Source of the DNA: an uncultured Rhodospirillales bacterium
Lineage (GTDB): Bacteria > Pseudomonadota > Alphaproteobacteria > Reyranellales > Reyranellaceae
Length of the DNA: 64,000 bases
NCBI GenBank assembly: GCA_902825855.1
Contig: CADECW010000008.1
Location: forward strand, 37,522 to 101,521
Direction of reading: 5' to 3'
Shown here: piece by piece, positions 38,001-47,705 of the stretch
How positions within the stretch are numbered: position 1 is the first letter of the stretch
Layout: each line of letters begins with the position of its first letter
Notes under the pieces: generated by a model
The model's database searches: none
Seen by the model: the letters and a program-made list of their open reading frames with translations, nothing else
What the model was told of the DNA's origin: nothing
Translations under genes and position numbers: made by a program

Positions 38001-38041
38001 CGGCGAACTATAGTTCGGCCTGCGGCCTTTCCAAGGCGGCA

Positions 38042-38518
38042 CTATTCCTGCGAGGCGATCCTGGCGATGCGCGGCTGCGCTACGGCCAGCCAGTCCTTGG
38101 TGTCGAGTTCCATCGAGCGGTCGAGGCGGCCGGCATTGAAGAACAGCGTGTCGTTGCCGAGCAGGTCCTGCTCGACCACGATCGCAAGTGCGGGATTGAG
38201 CGAGAACGGCGGCACCGAGCCCATGACGCAGCCGGTCAGCTCCTGCGCCGTGTCGGGCGAGGCAAAGCCGCATTTGCGCGCCGCGAACAGACCTGCAACT
38301 GCTGTGAAGTCGAGCTTGCGGTTGCCCGGCAGGATCGCCAGCACATGACGCTTGCCCGCGCCGCCACCGCGGACGTCGAGCACCATGGCCTTGGCCGCCT
38401 GATCGGGCCGGTTGCCGCGGATGGCGCTGATCTTGTCCGAGCGCCCCTCGGGCTCGTGCTCGATGACCCGGAACTTGGCGTTGGCGTCGCTAAGCATCGC
38501 CACGATCCGGTCGAACAT
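38042..38518 (-). CDS. YbaK/ProX family aminoacyl-tRNA trans-editing domain protein
   Basis: QAAKAMV, LTGCVMGSVPPF, FNAGRLDRS. Confidence 0.87.
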   Translation of the reverse strand: MFDRIVAMLSDANAKFRVIEHEPEGRSDKISAIRGNRPDQAAKAMVLDVRGGGAGKRHVLAILPGNRKLDFTAVAGLFAARKCGFASPDTAQELTGCVMGSVPPFSLNPALAIVVEQDLLGNDTLFFNAGRLDRSMELDTKDWLAVAQPRIARIASQE

Positions 38519-38519
38519 G

Positions 38520-39452
38520 TCAGCGGCCACGGACCACCTTCTCCGACAGGATCTTCAGCGCCTCGTCGAGGCTCGGCACCTTGCCGTCAGACGGGGCGAT
38601 GTTGGCATCGACGGTTCGGCGATGGCTCTTCTCGATCACCTCGGTCATCAGCGGATCGACGCCGGTCTCACGCAGGGTCTGGCCGACCAGCCCCATCTCC
38701 TCCCATCGCCGATGGGCATGCACGATGTGGGTCTGCACCAGCATGCCGACAAACTGGCCGAAGCTGATCTGGTCGACATCGCCCATGCAGCCCATGACTT
38801 CCTTGAGGATGCCCTGGCGTTCGGCGGTGACATAAGCCTCGACCCCCAGCGCCTCGACGCCCTTGATCAGCACGCTGCGGATCATTTTCACCGAGGAGGC
38901 GCTGCCGGGCCTGGGGCCCAGCACCTTGGCCTCGAAGCCGCTGGCGTTCATCCAGGCCACGACCTGCTCGACGTCGTCGCCCGCCACCAGCATGGGCGCC
39001 TTGATGCCTTGCCTGAAGAAGCCGCCCATGACGGCGATGTCGATGTAGCGGCCGCCCGCCGCTTCGATCGGCGCACGGTCTTCGTCCGACATGCGGCCGG
39101 TGACGGTGCAGAGGTCGAGATAGTGCGCACCCTTCTTGAGCAGGGGCGCGGCGGATTGCGCAGCCGCGAGCGCATGCTCGCCCTGAACGGCAGAGATCAC
39201 CAGGTCGGCGTCGCTCAATGCGGTGGTGTAGCGGCCCTCGATGGCGACATCGAGCCGGCGCGCTTCCTTGCCGAGGGCGACGCCGCGCGAGTCCTGATCC
39301 AGCGCGGTGTCGATGGCGATGACGCGACGCGGAGCGTTGTCGCCGGGCCGAGGCGTTCCGCGCCAGCCGCCCTCGGCGCACAAGCCGCGCGCGATGGCCG
39401 ATCCTGCCTCACCAAAGCCCAGCAGCGCGATCACGCGCGGAGTAAGCGACAT
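38520..39452 (-). CDS. NAD(P)-dependent oxidoreductase (6PGD/3HIBDH-like, DUF1932)
   Basis: LGFGEAG, DIAVMG, ASSVKMIRSVLIKG, HAHRRWEEM. Confidence 0.85.
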   Translation of the reverse strand: MSLTPRVIALLGFGEAGSAIARGLCAEGGWRGTPRPGDNAPRRVIAIDTALDQDSRGVALGKEARRLDVAIEGRYTTALSDADLVISAVQGEHALAAAQSAAPLLKKGAHYLDLCTVTGRMSDEDRAPIEAAGGRYIDIAVMGGFFRQGIKAPMLVAGDDVEQVVAWMNASGFEAKVLGPRPGSASSVKMIRSVLIKGVEALGVEAYVTAERQGILKEVMGCMGDVDQISFGQFVGMLVQTHIVHAHRRWEEMGLVGQTLRETGVDPLMTEVIEKSHRRTVDANIAPSDGKVPSLDEALKILSEKVVRGR

Positions 39453-39479
39453 GCAAATGCTCTCGATGATGTGTCGGAA

Positions 39480-40262
39480 TCAGGACGCCGGTGCTTCGCC
39501 GTCTTCGGCATTGCGCGTGCGTGCAGCCTGCGTGTCACGCGAGCTGGCGATCCTGAGCTTGGGCCGGACGACCGCGAGCTCGGGCGTGCTGCTGCGCTCG
39601 GCGATGCCGGCATAGAGCTGCTTGCCGGCCTCGATGACGCTGACGCCGGCGAAGCGGCCGAGCCAGCGCTGGCCGAACCGCTCGACAGCTGGCGCCATGC
39701 GCAGCATCAGCCGGGAGTTGGTGGGCGGCATGTAGAGGGCGCGGCTCTGGCGCAGCGGCGCGAACATGTTGGCGCGCAGCAGTCCGCCGAGCTGGCCGGC
39801 GGAGTAGGGATGGCCCTGATAGAACGGCGAACGATCGATCTGCGACCACAGGCCGGCGCGTGTCGGTGCCACGGCGACAAGGCGGCCGCCGTCGGCCATC
39901 ACCCGCCAGATCTCGCGCAGCATCGGCCGCACCTGCTCGGTGCATTCGACGGCATGGACCAGCAGCACGCGGTCGACCGACCGGTCGGGCAGCGGCAGGT
40001 CGTTCTCGTCGACCAGGGCAACGAGGTTGCGGCCTTCGCGCGGCCAGCGCGTCACGCCCTGCTGGGCAGGCATGAAGGCCAGCGTGCGCTCGGCTTCCTC
40101 GCGGAACGGCCGTAGGAACGGCGTAGCATAGCCTAGACCCAGCACGGTCTCGCCGCGCACGTTCGGCCACACGTCGCGCAGCCGTGCGCGCAGCAGCCGC
40201 ACTGTCATCTGGCCCAGCGTGCTGCTGTAGAAGTCGTTGAGATCGAGGACGTCCGTCCACAT
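39480..40262 (-). CDS. Class I SAM-dependent methyltransferase-like protein (gloB-divergent family)
   Basis: VLGLGYATPF, LPLPDRSVDRVLLVH; conserved head-to-head position with gloB. Confidence 0.87.
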   Translation of the reverse strand: MWTDVLDLNDFYSSTLGQMTVRLLRARLRDVWPNVRGETVLGLGYATPFLRPFREEAERTLAFMPAQQGVTRWPREGRNLVALVDENDLPLPDRSVDRVLLVHAVECTEQVRPMLREIWRVMADGGRLVAVAPTRAGLWSQIDRSPFYQGHPYSAGQLGGLLRANMFAPLRQSRALYMPPTNSRLMLRMAPAVERFGQRWLGRFAGVSVIEAGKQLYAGIAERSSTPELAVVRPKLRIASSRDTQAARTRNAEDGEAPAS

Positions 40263-40333
40263 GCGCCCATAGTAGCAGAAACCACGCCGCCGCGGGCATA
40301 GCAGTCACAAGGCTGCCTTGCTACCCTTGCAAC

Positions 40334-41110
40334 ATGAGTACGACACTAGACATCGTTAGAATCCCGGTCCTGAACGACAATTACGTGTGGTTGATGCGGG
40401 AGCCCCAGAGTGGCGCGGTCGGCGTCGTCGATCCGGCGGTGGCCGGGCCGGTGCTGGCCGAGGCGGCTAGCCGCCGCTGGAAGATCACCCATATCCTGAA
40501 TACGCACCACCACGGCGATCATGTCGGCGGCAATCGCGAGATCAAGGAAGCCACCGGCTGCAAGATCGTCGGCCCGCGTCGCGACCGAGCCCGCATTCCC
40601 GGCATCGATATCGAGGTCGATGACGACGAGCGTTACCGTTTTGGCGAGGCCGAGGCCGACGTGTTCTTCGTGCCGGGGCACACCAAAGGCCACATCGCCT
40701 ATGCCTTCCGCGAACAGAAAGCGCTGTTCTGCGGCGACACGCTGTTCGCGCTGGGCTGCGGGCGGATGTTCGAAGGCACGCCGCAGCAGATGTGGGCCTC
40801 GCTCAGCCGGCTGCGTGCGCTGCCCGATGACATGAAGGTCTACTGCGCGCACGAGTACACGCAGTCCAATGCGCGTTTTGCGGTCACGATCGAGGCCGAC
40901 AACGACAGGCTTGTGAAGCGCTCGGCCGCGATCGACGCGGCGCGCGCCAAGGGCGAGGCCACGGTGCCGTCAATGCTCGGCGAGGAGAAGGCGACCAACC
41001 CGTTCCTGCGCGCCGACGTACCGGCCGTGCAGCGCGCCGTCGGCATGCCGGGCGGCGACCCGGTCGCCGTGTTCGCCGAGGTGCGGCATCGCAAGGATGT
41101 GTTCCGGTAG
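40334..41110 (+). CDS. gloB: Hydroxyacylglutathione hydrolase (glyoxalase II)
   Basis: DNYVWL, THHHGDHVGG, GHTKGHI, GDTLF, CAHEYT, EKATNPFLR. Confidence 0.96.
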   Translation: MSTTLDIVRIPVLNDNYVWLMREPQSGAVGVVDPAVAGPVLAEAASRRWKITHILNTHHHGDHVGGNREIKEATGCKIVGPRRDRARIPGIDIEVDDDERYRFGEAEADVFFVPGHTKGHIAYAFREQKALFCGDTLFALGCGRMFEGTPQQMWASLSRLRALPDDMKVYCAHEYTQSNARFAVTIEADNDRLVKRSAAIDAARAKGEATVPSMLGEEKATNPFLRADVPAVQRAVGMPGGDPVAVFAEVRHRKDVFR

Positions 41111-41151
41111 TTCGTCGCCCCGCGACGAAGTGGCGTGCCGGCGGCAAAGAG

Positions 41152-42282
41152 TTAGCGCCTGGCCAGACAGAAATACGCGCTGATGGCGAGCGCCGCCGCG
41201 AGCGCGGCGTAGAGCGGTGCCTGTGGGACGTTGAGGAACAGCCACGGTGCCGAGAGCGGCCCGACCGCGGCGCCGAAGTCGCGCCAGGTCGAGTAGCTTG
41301 CCTGCGAGCTCAGCACGCTCGACTTGCCGCGCTCGAGCACAAGCACCGGGATCAGCGTGTTGAACATCCCGCGCGTCAAGACCACGACCAATGCACCCAA
41401 CAGCTCGTGGTCGAGGGCGATCAGCACGAAGCCTGCGACCAGCAGCGTGCCGTTGGCGATCGAGATGCGGCCCGCGCCGAAGCGGTCGCCGATCCAGCCG
41501 CCCAGTGGCCCGGTGGTGATCTCGATCACCCAGCGCAGTGCCAGCAGGATCGCCGTCGCCAGCACCGGGGCGACCCAGGTGATCGAATCCTTCATCAGGA
41601 AGGAGAGTGTCAACAGGAAGACGCCGTCGCTGGTGAAGCCCAGCATGAAACCCCAAATCTCCAATCGATGGGGAATCGGCAGCCGGAATGGCTTCTTGTC
41701 CGTGACCTCGCGCGGCAGGCGCGGCAGCATCAGCGCGGCGGCGAGCGAGATCAGCGTCAGGCCGCCGAAGACCAGGAACACCGAGCGTGGCCCGACATTG
41801 ACGGCGATCCATGCGCCGCCGACAAGCGACATGGCCTGGACGATGCCGATGGCAGCGCGGCTCGCGCCGACGCGCTTGCCGGCATTCGCGCGATCGCTGA
41901 CGGCATAGGCCAGCGTCGAGAGATTGAGCGAGGCGTAGGAGATGCCCCACAGGATGCGGGCGCCGATCTGGACGGCGTCGTTCTCCACCAGACCGTAGAG
42001 CGTGGTCGAGACGACCGAGCCGATCGCGGCCATCACCATCAAGGCATGCGGTCCGATCCTTTCGCCGATGGCCGCGACGCCGGAGTTGGCCAAAAGCCGG
42101 ATCCAGCGGTTGAGCGACAGCAGCACGCCCACCATGGCGAGGCTGACGCCGAAGTCTTGATGATAGAGCGGCAGCACGGCGTAGAGCAGCGTGTCGCCGA
42201 TCATGGCGACGGCGATGACCAGGCCCGGCAACGCCATGCCCACCGGCTTGGCGGCGGGCGATGGATTGGCCTCAGTGCTCAC
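41152..42282 (-). CDS. MFS transporter
   Basis: GDTLLYAVLP, GWIGDRFGA, about 12 hydrophobic segments. Confidence 0.85.
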   Translation of the reverse strand: MSTEANPSPAAKPVGMALPGLVIAVAMIGDTLLYAVLPLYHQDFGVSLAMVGVLLSLNRWIRLLANSGVAAIGERIGPHALMVMAAIGSVVSTTLYGLVENDAVQIGARILWGISYASLNLSTLAYAVSDRANAGKRVGASRAAIGIVQAMSLVGGAWIAVNVGPRSVFLVFGGLTLISLAAALMLPRLPREVTDKKPFRLPIPHRLEIWGFMLGFTSDGVFLLTLSFLMKDSITWVAPVLATAILLALRWVIEITTGPLGGWIGDRFGAGRISIANGTLLVAGFVLIALDHELLGALVVVLTRGMFNTLIPVLVLERGKSSVLSSQASYSTWRDFGAAVGPLSAPWLFLNVPQAPLYAALAAALAISAYFCLARR

Positions 42283-42297
42283 GCGCCCGGCTCACCC

Positions 42298-43251
42298 TCA
42301 CTGGGCGCGTTGCACCAAGGCTTCGCGAAGCGCGGCCGAGGCCAGCGTCGTGCCGCGGCGCGCACCATGGAGCAGCATCGGCGAGCTCAGGAAGCCGTGC
42401 AGCATGCCGCCGAACTCGACGAGGTCGGCCTGGGTTCCTTCCTGGTGCAGGCGGAAGGCGTAGGCGCGGCCCTCGTCACGCAGAAGATCGTGCCCGGCCG
42501 TGATCACGAGCGCCGGAGCGAGGCCGCTCAGCGACGTGGCGCGCAACGGCGAGACGCGCCAGTCGCCGCGCGAGCCTTTGTCGGGGGTGTAGTGGTCGAA
42601 GAACCATTCCATCGTGGCGGCGTTCAGCCCGTAACCGTCCTCGAAGCGGCGATAGGACTCGGCCCGACCGATCGCATCGGTCACCGGATAGGCGAGGAGC
42701 TGAAGGCGAAGCTGGGGGCCGCCATTGTCGCGCGCCCAGATCGCCACCGCTGCGGCAAGGTTACCGCCGGCGCTGTCGCCGCCGATGGCGAGCTTCGCGG
42801 AATCGACGCCGATCGAGGCGCCATTGACCGCGACCCATTTCAGCCCGGCCACGACATCGTCGAAGGCGCCCGGAAAGCGAACTTCGGGCGCCAGGCGATA
42901 GTCGACGGCAAAGACCACTATGCCCGCTTCCAGTGCGAACTGAGCGCACAGCACGTCATGGCTGTCGAGATTGCCGAACACCCAGCCCCCGCCATGGGCG
43001 TAGACCAGGCATGGCAGCTTGGTGTCGGCCGGTGCTGCAGCCGGCCGATAGATGCGCACCGCAAGATCGCCGGCAGGACCTGGAATGGTGCGGTCGACCA
43101 CCTTGACCTCCATCGGCCGCGGGCCCTGCGCCGCCGGCCGCAGCGACAGATAGAGCTCACGCGCCGCCTGCGGCGACAGCGTGTTCCACGCCGGCCGATT
43201 GGCCGCGGCCATCAGGTCGATCAAGCGCTGCGATTCGGGATCGAGTGCCAT
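42298..43251 (-). CDS. Alpha/beta hydrolase (HSL-family esterase)
   Basis: HGGGW, VDYRLAPE, GDSAGG, DLLRDEG, HGF. Confidence 0.92.
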   Translation of the reverse strand: MALDPESQRLIDLMAAANRPAWNTLSPQAARELYLSLRPAAQGPRPMEVKVVDRTIPGPAGDLAVRIYRPAAAPADTKLPCLVYAHGGGWVFGNLDSHDVLCAQFALEAGIVVFAVDYRLAPEVRFPGAFDDVVAGLKWVAVNGASIGVDSAKLAIGGDSAGGNLAAAVAIWARDNGGPQLRLQLLAYPVTDAIGRAESYRRFEDGYGLNAATMEWFFDHYTPDKGSRGDWRVSPLRATSLSGLAPALVITAGHDLLRDEGRAYAFRLHQEGTQADLVEFGGMLHGFLSSPMLLHGARRGTTLASAALREALVQRAQ

Positions 43252-43294
43252 TCCTCCAGCTCCATTCGGTTCGATGGCCACTGTAGAGCACAAT

Positions 43295-43408
43295 TCTCTT
43301 CTTCCCCACGCCGGCGTGGGAAGCTGTCCGCGCAGCGGACCCGCTTCCTCTCGGGGCGAAGCCGCATGCGTGGGCTTCGTCCAGCTTCGCAGGGGGAGGA
43401 AGAAAGAG
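43295..43408. repeat. Palindromic intergenic repeat-like element (TCCCC...GGGGGAG type)
   Basis: Imperfect terminal inverted repeats TCTCTTCTTCCCC / GGGGGAGGAAGAAAGAG enclosing hairpins CCCACGCCGGCGTGGG, GTCCGCGCAGCGGAC and CGAAGCC...GGCTTCG. Confidence 0.6.
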
Positions 43409-43449
43409 CTCGCCCCTGTTTCGTCACGAGACGAATGGTAAGGTGAGCC

Positions 43450-44487
43450 ATGACGTTCGAACCGGACCACGGCGCGCCTTCATCGCCCGCCACCCCGTGG
43501 TGGCGCAGGAGCTGGGGCCGCCTGAAGACCTGGCGTCCGGGTCGCGGTCGTGCGACAGGGCCGGCGCCGAGCGGCCGGCGCCGCCTGTGGAGCTGGACCT
43601 GGCGCATCGTCGTATTGGCGCTGGTGCTTTACTTCCCGGTCGGCGCCCTGATCGTGCACAGCATCGACGACGATCCACAGTTCGCGCCGCGCAACGTCGC
43701 CCCTGGCGAGAGCCGAGCCGTTGCGGCAGCGGCGCAACTCGTCACTCGCGAAGTCGACGTCAACACCTGGACACCGATGATGCCGTTCTTCATGCCGGCC
43801 GGTATCCTCGACAACATGCCCAACTACCAGCGCGGCATCATGGCCGCCCTGGGCCGCTTCAGCACCGAGCTGATGGACCAGGTTGGCCGCGTGCGCGGAA
43901 CCAGCCAGGTCGACCGCGACCTCGAGCAGGCACGCGGCTTCCTGAACGAGCAACCCAACATCTGGATCTGGCAGCCCAGCGTTTCGCTGATGCCCTCGGC
44001 GACCTCGGCGCAGAAGTACCGTGCCGGACGTGACCGGCTGATCGCCTACAACAAGCGGCTGTCGTCTGGCCAGGCGGTGTTCGAACGGCGCGCCGACAAC
44101 CTGCAGGCCCTGATCGACCGCATCGCCAACGACGAGGGCTCTGATTCGGCGATCATCGATCAGCACATCGTCGAGAGCGCAGGTGACCTGTTCGACATCC
44201 GTGCCGACGACATCTTCTATTTCAACAAGGGCCGCCTGTACGCCAACTACATCCTGTTGCGCGAACTCGGGCTCGACTTCGAGAACGTCATCCGCGAGCG
44301 CAATCTCTCCAATGCCTGGAACGGCACGGTCGAGACCTTCCGTCTCGCCTCGGCGCTGCAGCCCTGGATCGTGTGGAACGGCTATCCCGACGGGCTTTTC
44401 ATCCCCAACCATCTCGCCGCGCAAGGCTTTTACCTGCTGCGCGCCCGTACGCAGCTGCGCGAGATCAGCGCCATCCTGCTGAAATAG
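43450..44487 (+). CDS. DUF2333 family protein
   Basis: LDNMPNYQRG, RGTSQVDRDL, RRADNL, ADDIFY, PNHLAAQGFYLLRA. Confidence 0.85.
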   Translation: MTFEPDHGAPSSPATPWWRRSWGRLKTWRPGRGRATGPAPSGRRRLWSWTWRIVVLALVLYFPVGALIVHSIDDDPQFAPRNVAPGESRAVAAAAQLVTREVDVNTWTPMMPFFMPAGILDNMPNYQRGIMAALGRFSTELMDQVGRVRGTSQVDRDLEQARGFLNEQPNIWIWQPSVSLMPSATSAQKYRAGRDRLIAYNKRLSSGQAVFERRADNLQALIDRIANDEGSDSAIIDQHIVESAGDLFDIRADDIFYFNKGRLYANYILLRELGLDFENVIRERNLSNAWNGTVETFRLASALQPWIVWNGYPDGLFIPNHLAAQGFYLLRARTQLREISAILLK

Positions 44488-44494
44488 GCGACGC

Positions 44495-45421
44495 GTGGAG
44501 ATCTACCTGCCCATCGCCGAGCAGTCGATGAACGTGTTCGTTCTGCTCGGCCTGGGAGGCGCCGCCGGGCTGCTGGCCGGCATGTTCGGCGTGGGCGGCG
44601 GCTTCCTGGCGACGCCGCTCTTGATCTTCGTCGGTATCCCACCGGCTGTCGCGGTGGCGAGCCAGGCCAACCAGGTGATCTCCAACTCGATCTCCTCCCT
44701 GCAGGTGCAGTGGCGGCGCGGCAACGTCGACCTGCGCATGGGCCTGGTCCTGCTGCTGGGCGGCATGATCGGCTCGTCGGCCGGCGTGTCGCTGTTCACC
44801 TGGCTGAAGGCGATCGGCCAGATCGATTTCGTGATCGCCGTTCTCTACGTCATCATGCTGTCGACCATCGGCGTGCTGATGCTGTTCGAGAGCGCCCGGA
44901 CCTATATCCGGCGGCGTCGCAATCCCGAGGCACCGCGCGGCAAGCTGCACTCTCACTACCTGGTGCACCGCCTGCCGCTGAAGCTGCGCTTCTACAAGTC
45001 CAAGCTCTACATCAGCGCCCTGCTGCCGATAGGCATCGGCTTCGCCATCGGCGTCCTGTCGGCGATCCTGGGCGTCGGTGGCGGATTCGTCCTGGTGCCG
45101 GCGATGATCTACATCCTCGGCATGCCGACCGCGGTCGTGATCGGCACCTCGAACTTCCAGATCCTGTTCGTGGCCGCCAACGTCACTTTCCTGCAGGCCG
45201 CCACCAACGGCACGGTCGATGTCGTGCTGGCGCTGCTCCTGATCCTGGGCGGCGTGGTCGGCGCCCCGATCGGTTCACGCCTGGCGGCCAAGCTGCCCGG
45301 TGTCGTGCTCCGCGGGCTGATGTCGGTGCTGATCCTGGTCGTGGCCGCCGAACTCCTGACCGAGCTGTTGCGCACTCCGAGCTCGTTCTATTCGCTCGGC
45401 ACCCGGCAGGTGATGCCATGA
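44495..45421 (+). CDS. Sulfite exporter TauE/SafE family protein
   Basis: IYLPIAE, GMFGVGGGFLATP, GVGGGFVLVP; GTG start. Confidence 0.92.
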   Translation: MEIYLPIAEQSMNVFVLLGLGGAAGLLAGMFGVGGGFLATPLLIFVGIPPAVAVASQANQVISNSISSLQVQWRRGNVDLRMGLVLLLGGMIGSSAGVSLFTWLKAIGQIDFVIAVLYVIMLSTIGVLMLFESARTYIRRRRNPEAPRGKLHSHYLVHRLPLKLRFYKSKLYISALLPIGIGFAIGVLSAILGVGGGFVLVPAMIYILGMPTAVVIGTSNFQILFVAANVTFLQAATNGTVDVVLALLLILGGVVGAPIGSRLAAKLPGVVLRGLMSVLILVVAAELLTELLRTPSSFYSLGTRQVMP

Positions 45422-46272
45422 GGCCATGGGGCGCGATCGCCTCGTTGCTGGTCGGCGTTCTGCTGGCGCAGCCGCTTGCCGCCCAGCGCATCGAGCCGCC
45501 GGCAGGCGGCATCTTCGGTCCCCTGCCGGGCCCGCGCGGCCCGCAGCCGGGCGAGCCGGGTGTGCCACCGTCGGTGCCCAACCAGTTCGAGACGCCGGAA
45601 CTGATCGTCGACCTGTCGCGGCCGCGAGTTTCGATCACGTCGGCCTTCCAGGGCGAGAGCATCCTGCTGTTCGGCATGTTCGACCCTCCCGGCGAGATCG
45701 TGGTGGTCGTGGTCGGTCCGCCGGCCCGCGAGACGGTGCTGCGCAAGCAACGCGTGCTGGGCTTGTGGCTGAACACCGGCCGCCAGGCGTTCGACGACGT
45801 CCCGGCCTACTATTCCATTGCTGCGAGCCAGCCCCTGCAGCGCCTGCTGGCGCGTAGTGCCGGCGGCGAAATCCTGTCGTTGGAGGACCGCCTGCAAAGT
45901 GTGCGCTCCGTCGGTCAGCGCGAGCATGAGGACCTGATCAGGTTCCGTCTCGGCCTGGTCGAGGTGAAGCGGCGCGAGGGCCTCTATCCCGCAGCCATCG
46001 GCCAGGTCACCATCCAGGCCAACCGGCTGTTCCGGGTCGAGCTGCCGTTTCCCTCGCGATTGCCCGAAGGCACCTACGAGGTCAGGACCTATCTCCTGCG
46101 CGAGGGCAACATCGTGGCCGCGGTGTCGCGGCCGCTGCCCGTCGGCAAGGTCGGCTTCAGTGCCCAGCTTGCCGGCTGGGCGGACACTGACGGGCCGCTC
46201 TACGGCCTCGGTGCAATCATCATGGCGCTGCTGGTCGGCTGGATCGGCGGTGCAGTCATGAGACGTATCTAG
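45418..46272 (+). CDS. TIGR02186 family membrane protein
   Basis: ITSAFQGESILLFG, RKQRVLGLWLN, C-terminal TM; usual partner of the TauE gene; ATGA overlap. Confidence 0.85.
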   Translation: MRPWGAIASLLVGVLLAQPLAAQRIEPPAGGIFGPLPGPRGPQPGEPGVPPSVPNQFETPELIVDLSRPRVSITSAFQGESILLFGMFDPPGEIVVVVVGPPARETVLRKQRVLGLWLNTGRQAFDDVPAYYSIAASQPLQRLLARSAGGEILSLEDRLQSVRSVGQREHEDLIRFRLGLVEVKRREGLYPAAIGQVTIQANRLFRVELPFPSRLPEGTYEVRTYLLREGNIVAAVSRPLPVGKVGFSAQLAGWADTDGPLYGLGAIIMALLVGWIGGAVMRRI

Positions 46273-46283
46273 GGAGGGCAACC

Positions 46284-46769
46284 ATGAGCGAACAGGCCAG
46301 CCGGCCCGATGAGCGCGTCTTCCTGGTCGTCGTCGACGAAAGCCCGGAGATGCGCAACGCCTTGCGCTACGCGTGCCGCCGCGCCAAGCGCACAGGCGGG
46401 CGCGTCGCCATGCTCTATGTCATGGAGCCGCCTGAAGGACAGCAGTGGGGTGCAGTGATGGACCTGATGCGCCAGGAAGCGCGCCAGCAGGCGGAAGAGG
46501 TGATCGCCAAGCACGCGGACGTGGCGGTTTCCCTGACCGGGCAGCCGCCGGCCATTCATATTCGCGAAGGCAAGAGCCGCGATGAACTGGTCAAGCTGAT
46601 CTCCGAAGACCGCTCGATCTCGGTACTGGTGCTGGCGAGCGCATCGAACAGCGAGGGACCCGGACCGCTGGTCACCGCCTTTGCCGGCAAGCTCGGCGGT
46701 CAGCTTCGGGTGCCGCTCACGATCGTGCCGGGCGCGCTCAGCGAAGCGCAGATCGATGCAATCTCGTGA
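46284..46769 (+). CDS. Universal stress protein
   Basis: FLVVVDESPE, ISVLVLA, GPGPLV, VPLTIVPG. Confidence 0.9.
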   Translation: MSEQASRPDERVFLVVVDESPEMRNALRYACRRAKRTGGRVAMLYVMEPPEGQQWGAVMDLMRQEARQQAEEVIAKHADVAVSLTGQPPAIHIREGKSRDELVKLISEDRSISVLVLASASNSEGPGPLVTAFAGKLGGQLRVPLTIVPGALSEAQIDAIS

Positions 46770-47056
46770 GTGGGCATGAGTTGTCTGCGGCAATTTTGCC
46801 GGCTGCAATCGCGATCGGTTTTTGCGTTCCGTGCGGCAGACATGGCCTCAGATTGGTCACTGACGATTAATCTGTTGAAATAGCATCGTAATACGTATAA
46901 TTTCCATAATACTTATAAGATCCGTCCCAAGAAACGACTTGATCGGCCTCTCCTCGGTTCATACCTCAGGAGACATCGGTCGGGGGCGGAGACGTCCGTA
47001 CCCAGCCTAGGCGACGCCAAGCGGGAGACCGTGTTGCGTTCGATAAGGAGGTAGGT

Positions 47057-47605
47057 TTGTTCATCCAGACCGAGCAGACGCCGAATCCGTCCACCCTGAA
47101 ATTCCTCCCGGGCCGCGTGGTCATGGAGAAGGGGACGATGGATTTCGGGACTGCCGAAGCCGCCGCCCCATCGCCCCTGGCGAAGAGGCTGTTCGCGGTC
47201 GAAGGCGTCGAGCGCGTGTTCTTCGGTTCCGACTTCGTGACCGTCACCAAGTCGGCCGACCGCGACTGGCAAGTCCTCAAGCCGTCGATCCTCGGCGGCA
47301 TCATGGAGCACTACACGTCCGGCGATCCGGTAATCGCCGATTCTGGTGAAGTGCCTGCCGCGGCCGACGACGACGACGAAGTCGTTGCCCAGATCAAGGA
47401 GCTTCTCGACACGCGCGTTCGTCCCGCGGTTGCGCAGGACGGCGGCGATATCGTCTTCCAGGATTTCCGGGACGGCGTTGTCTACCTGCACATGCAGGGT
47501 TCTTGCTCGGGCTGCCCGAGCTCGACGGCGACGCTCAAGATGGGAATCGAGAATCTTCTGAAGCACTACGTGCCGGAAGTGGTGGAAGTGCAGGCGGCCC
47601 AGTAG
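47057..47605 (+). CDS. nfuA: NifU/NfuA family Fe-S scaffold protein
   Basis: MFIQTEQTPNP, VRPAVAQDGGDI, GSCSGCPSS; TTG start after RBS aaggagg. Confidence 0.93.
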   Translation: MFIQTEQTPNPSTLKFLPGRVVMEKGTMDFGTAEAAAPSPLAKRLFAVEGVERVFFGSDFVTVTKSADRDWQVLKPSILGGIMEHYTSGDPVIADSGEVPAAADDDDEVVAQIKELLDTRVRPAVAQDGGDIVFQDFRDGVVYLHMQGSCSGCPSSTATLKMGIENLLKHYVPEVVEVQAAQ

Positions 47606-47705
47606 GCCGCTTTCCACTCAAGCGTTTAGCGTAAAGGTGCAACGGGCGCGCCGGGGGGCCGCGTGCGATGGGCCGTTCGTTGAGTAAACGAAACGAGGGT
47701 GCGGC

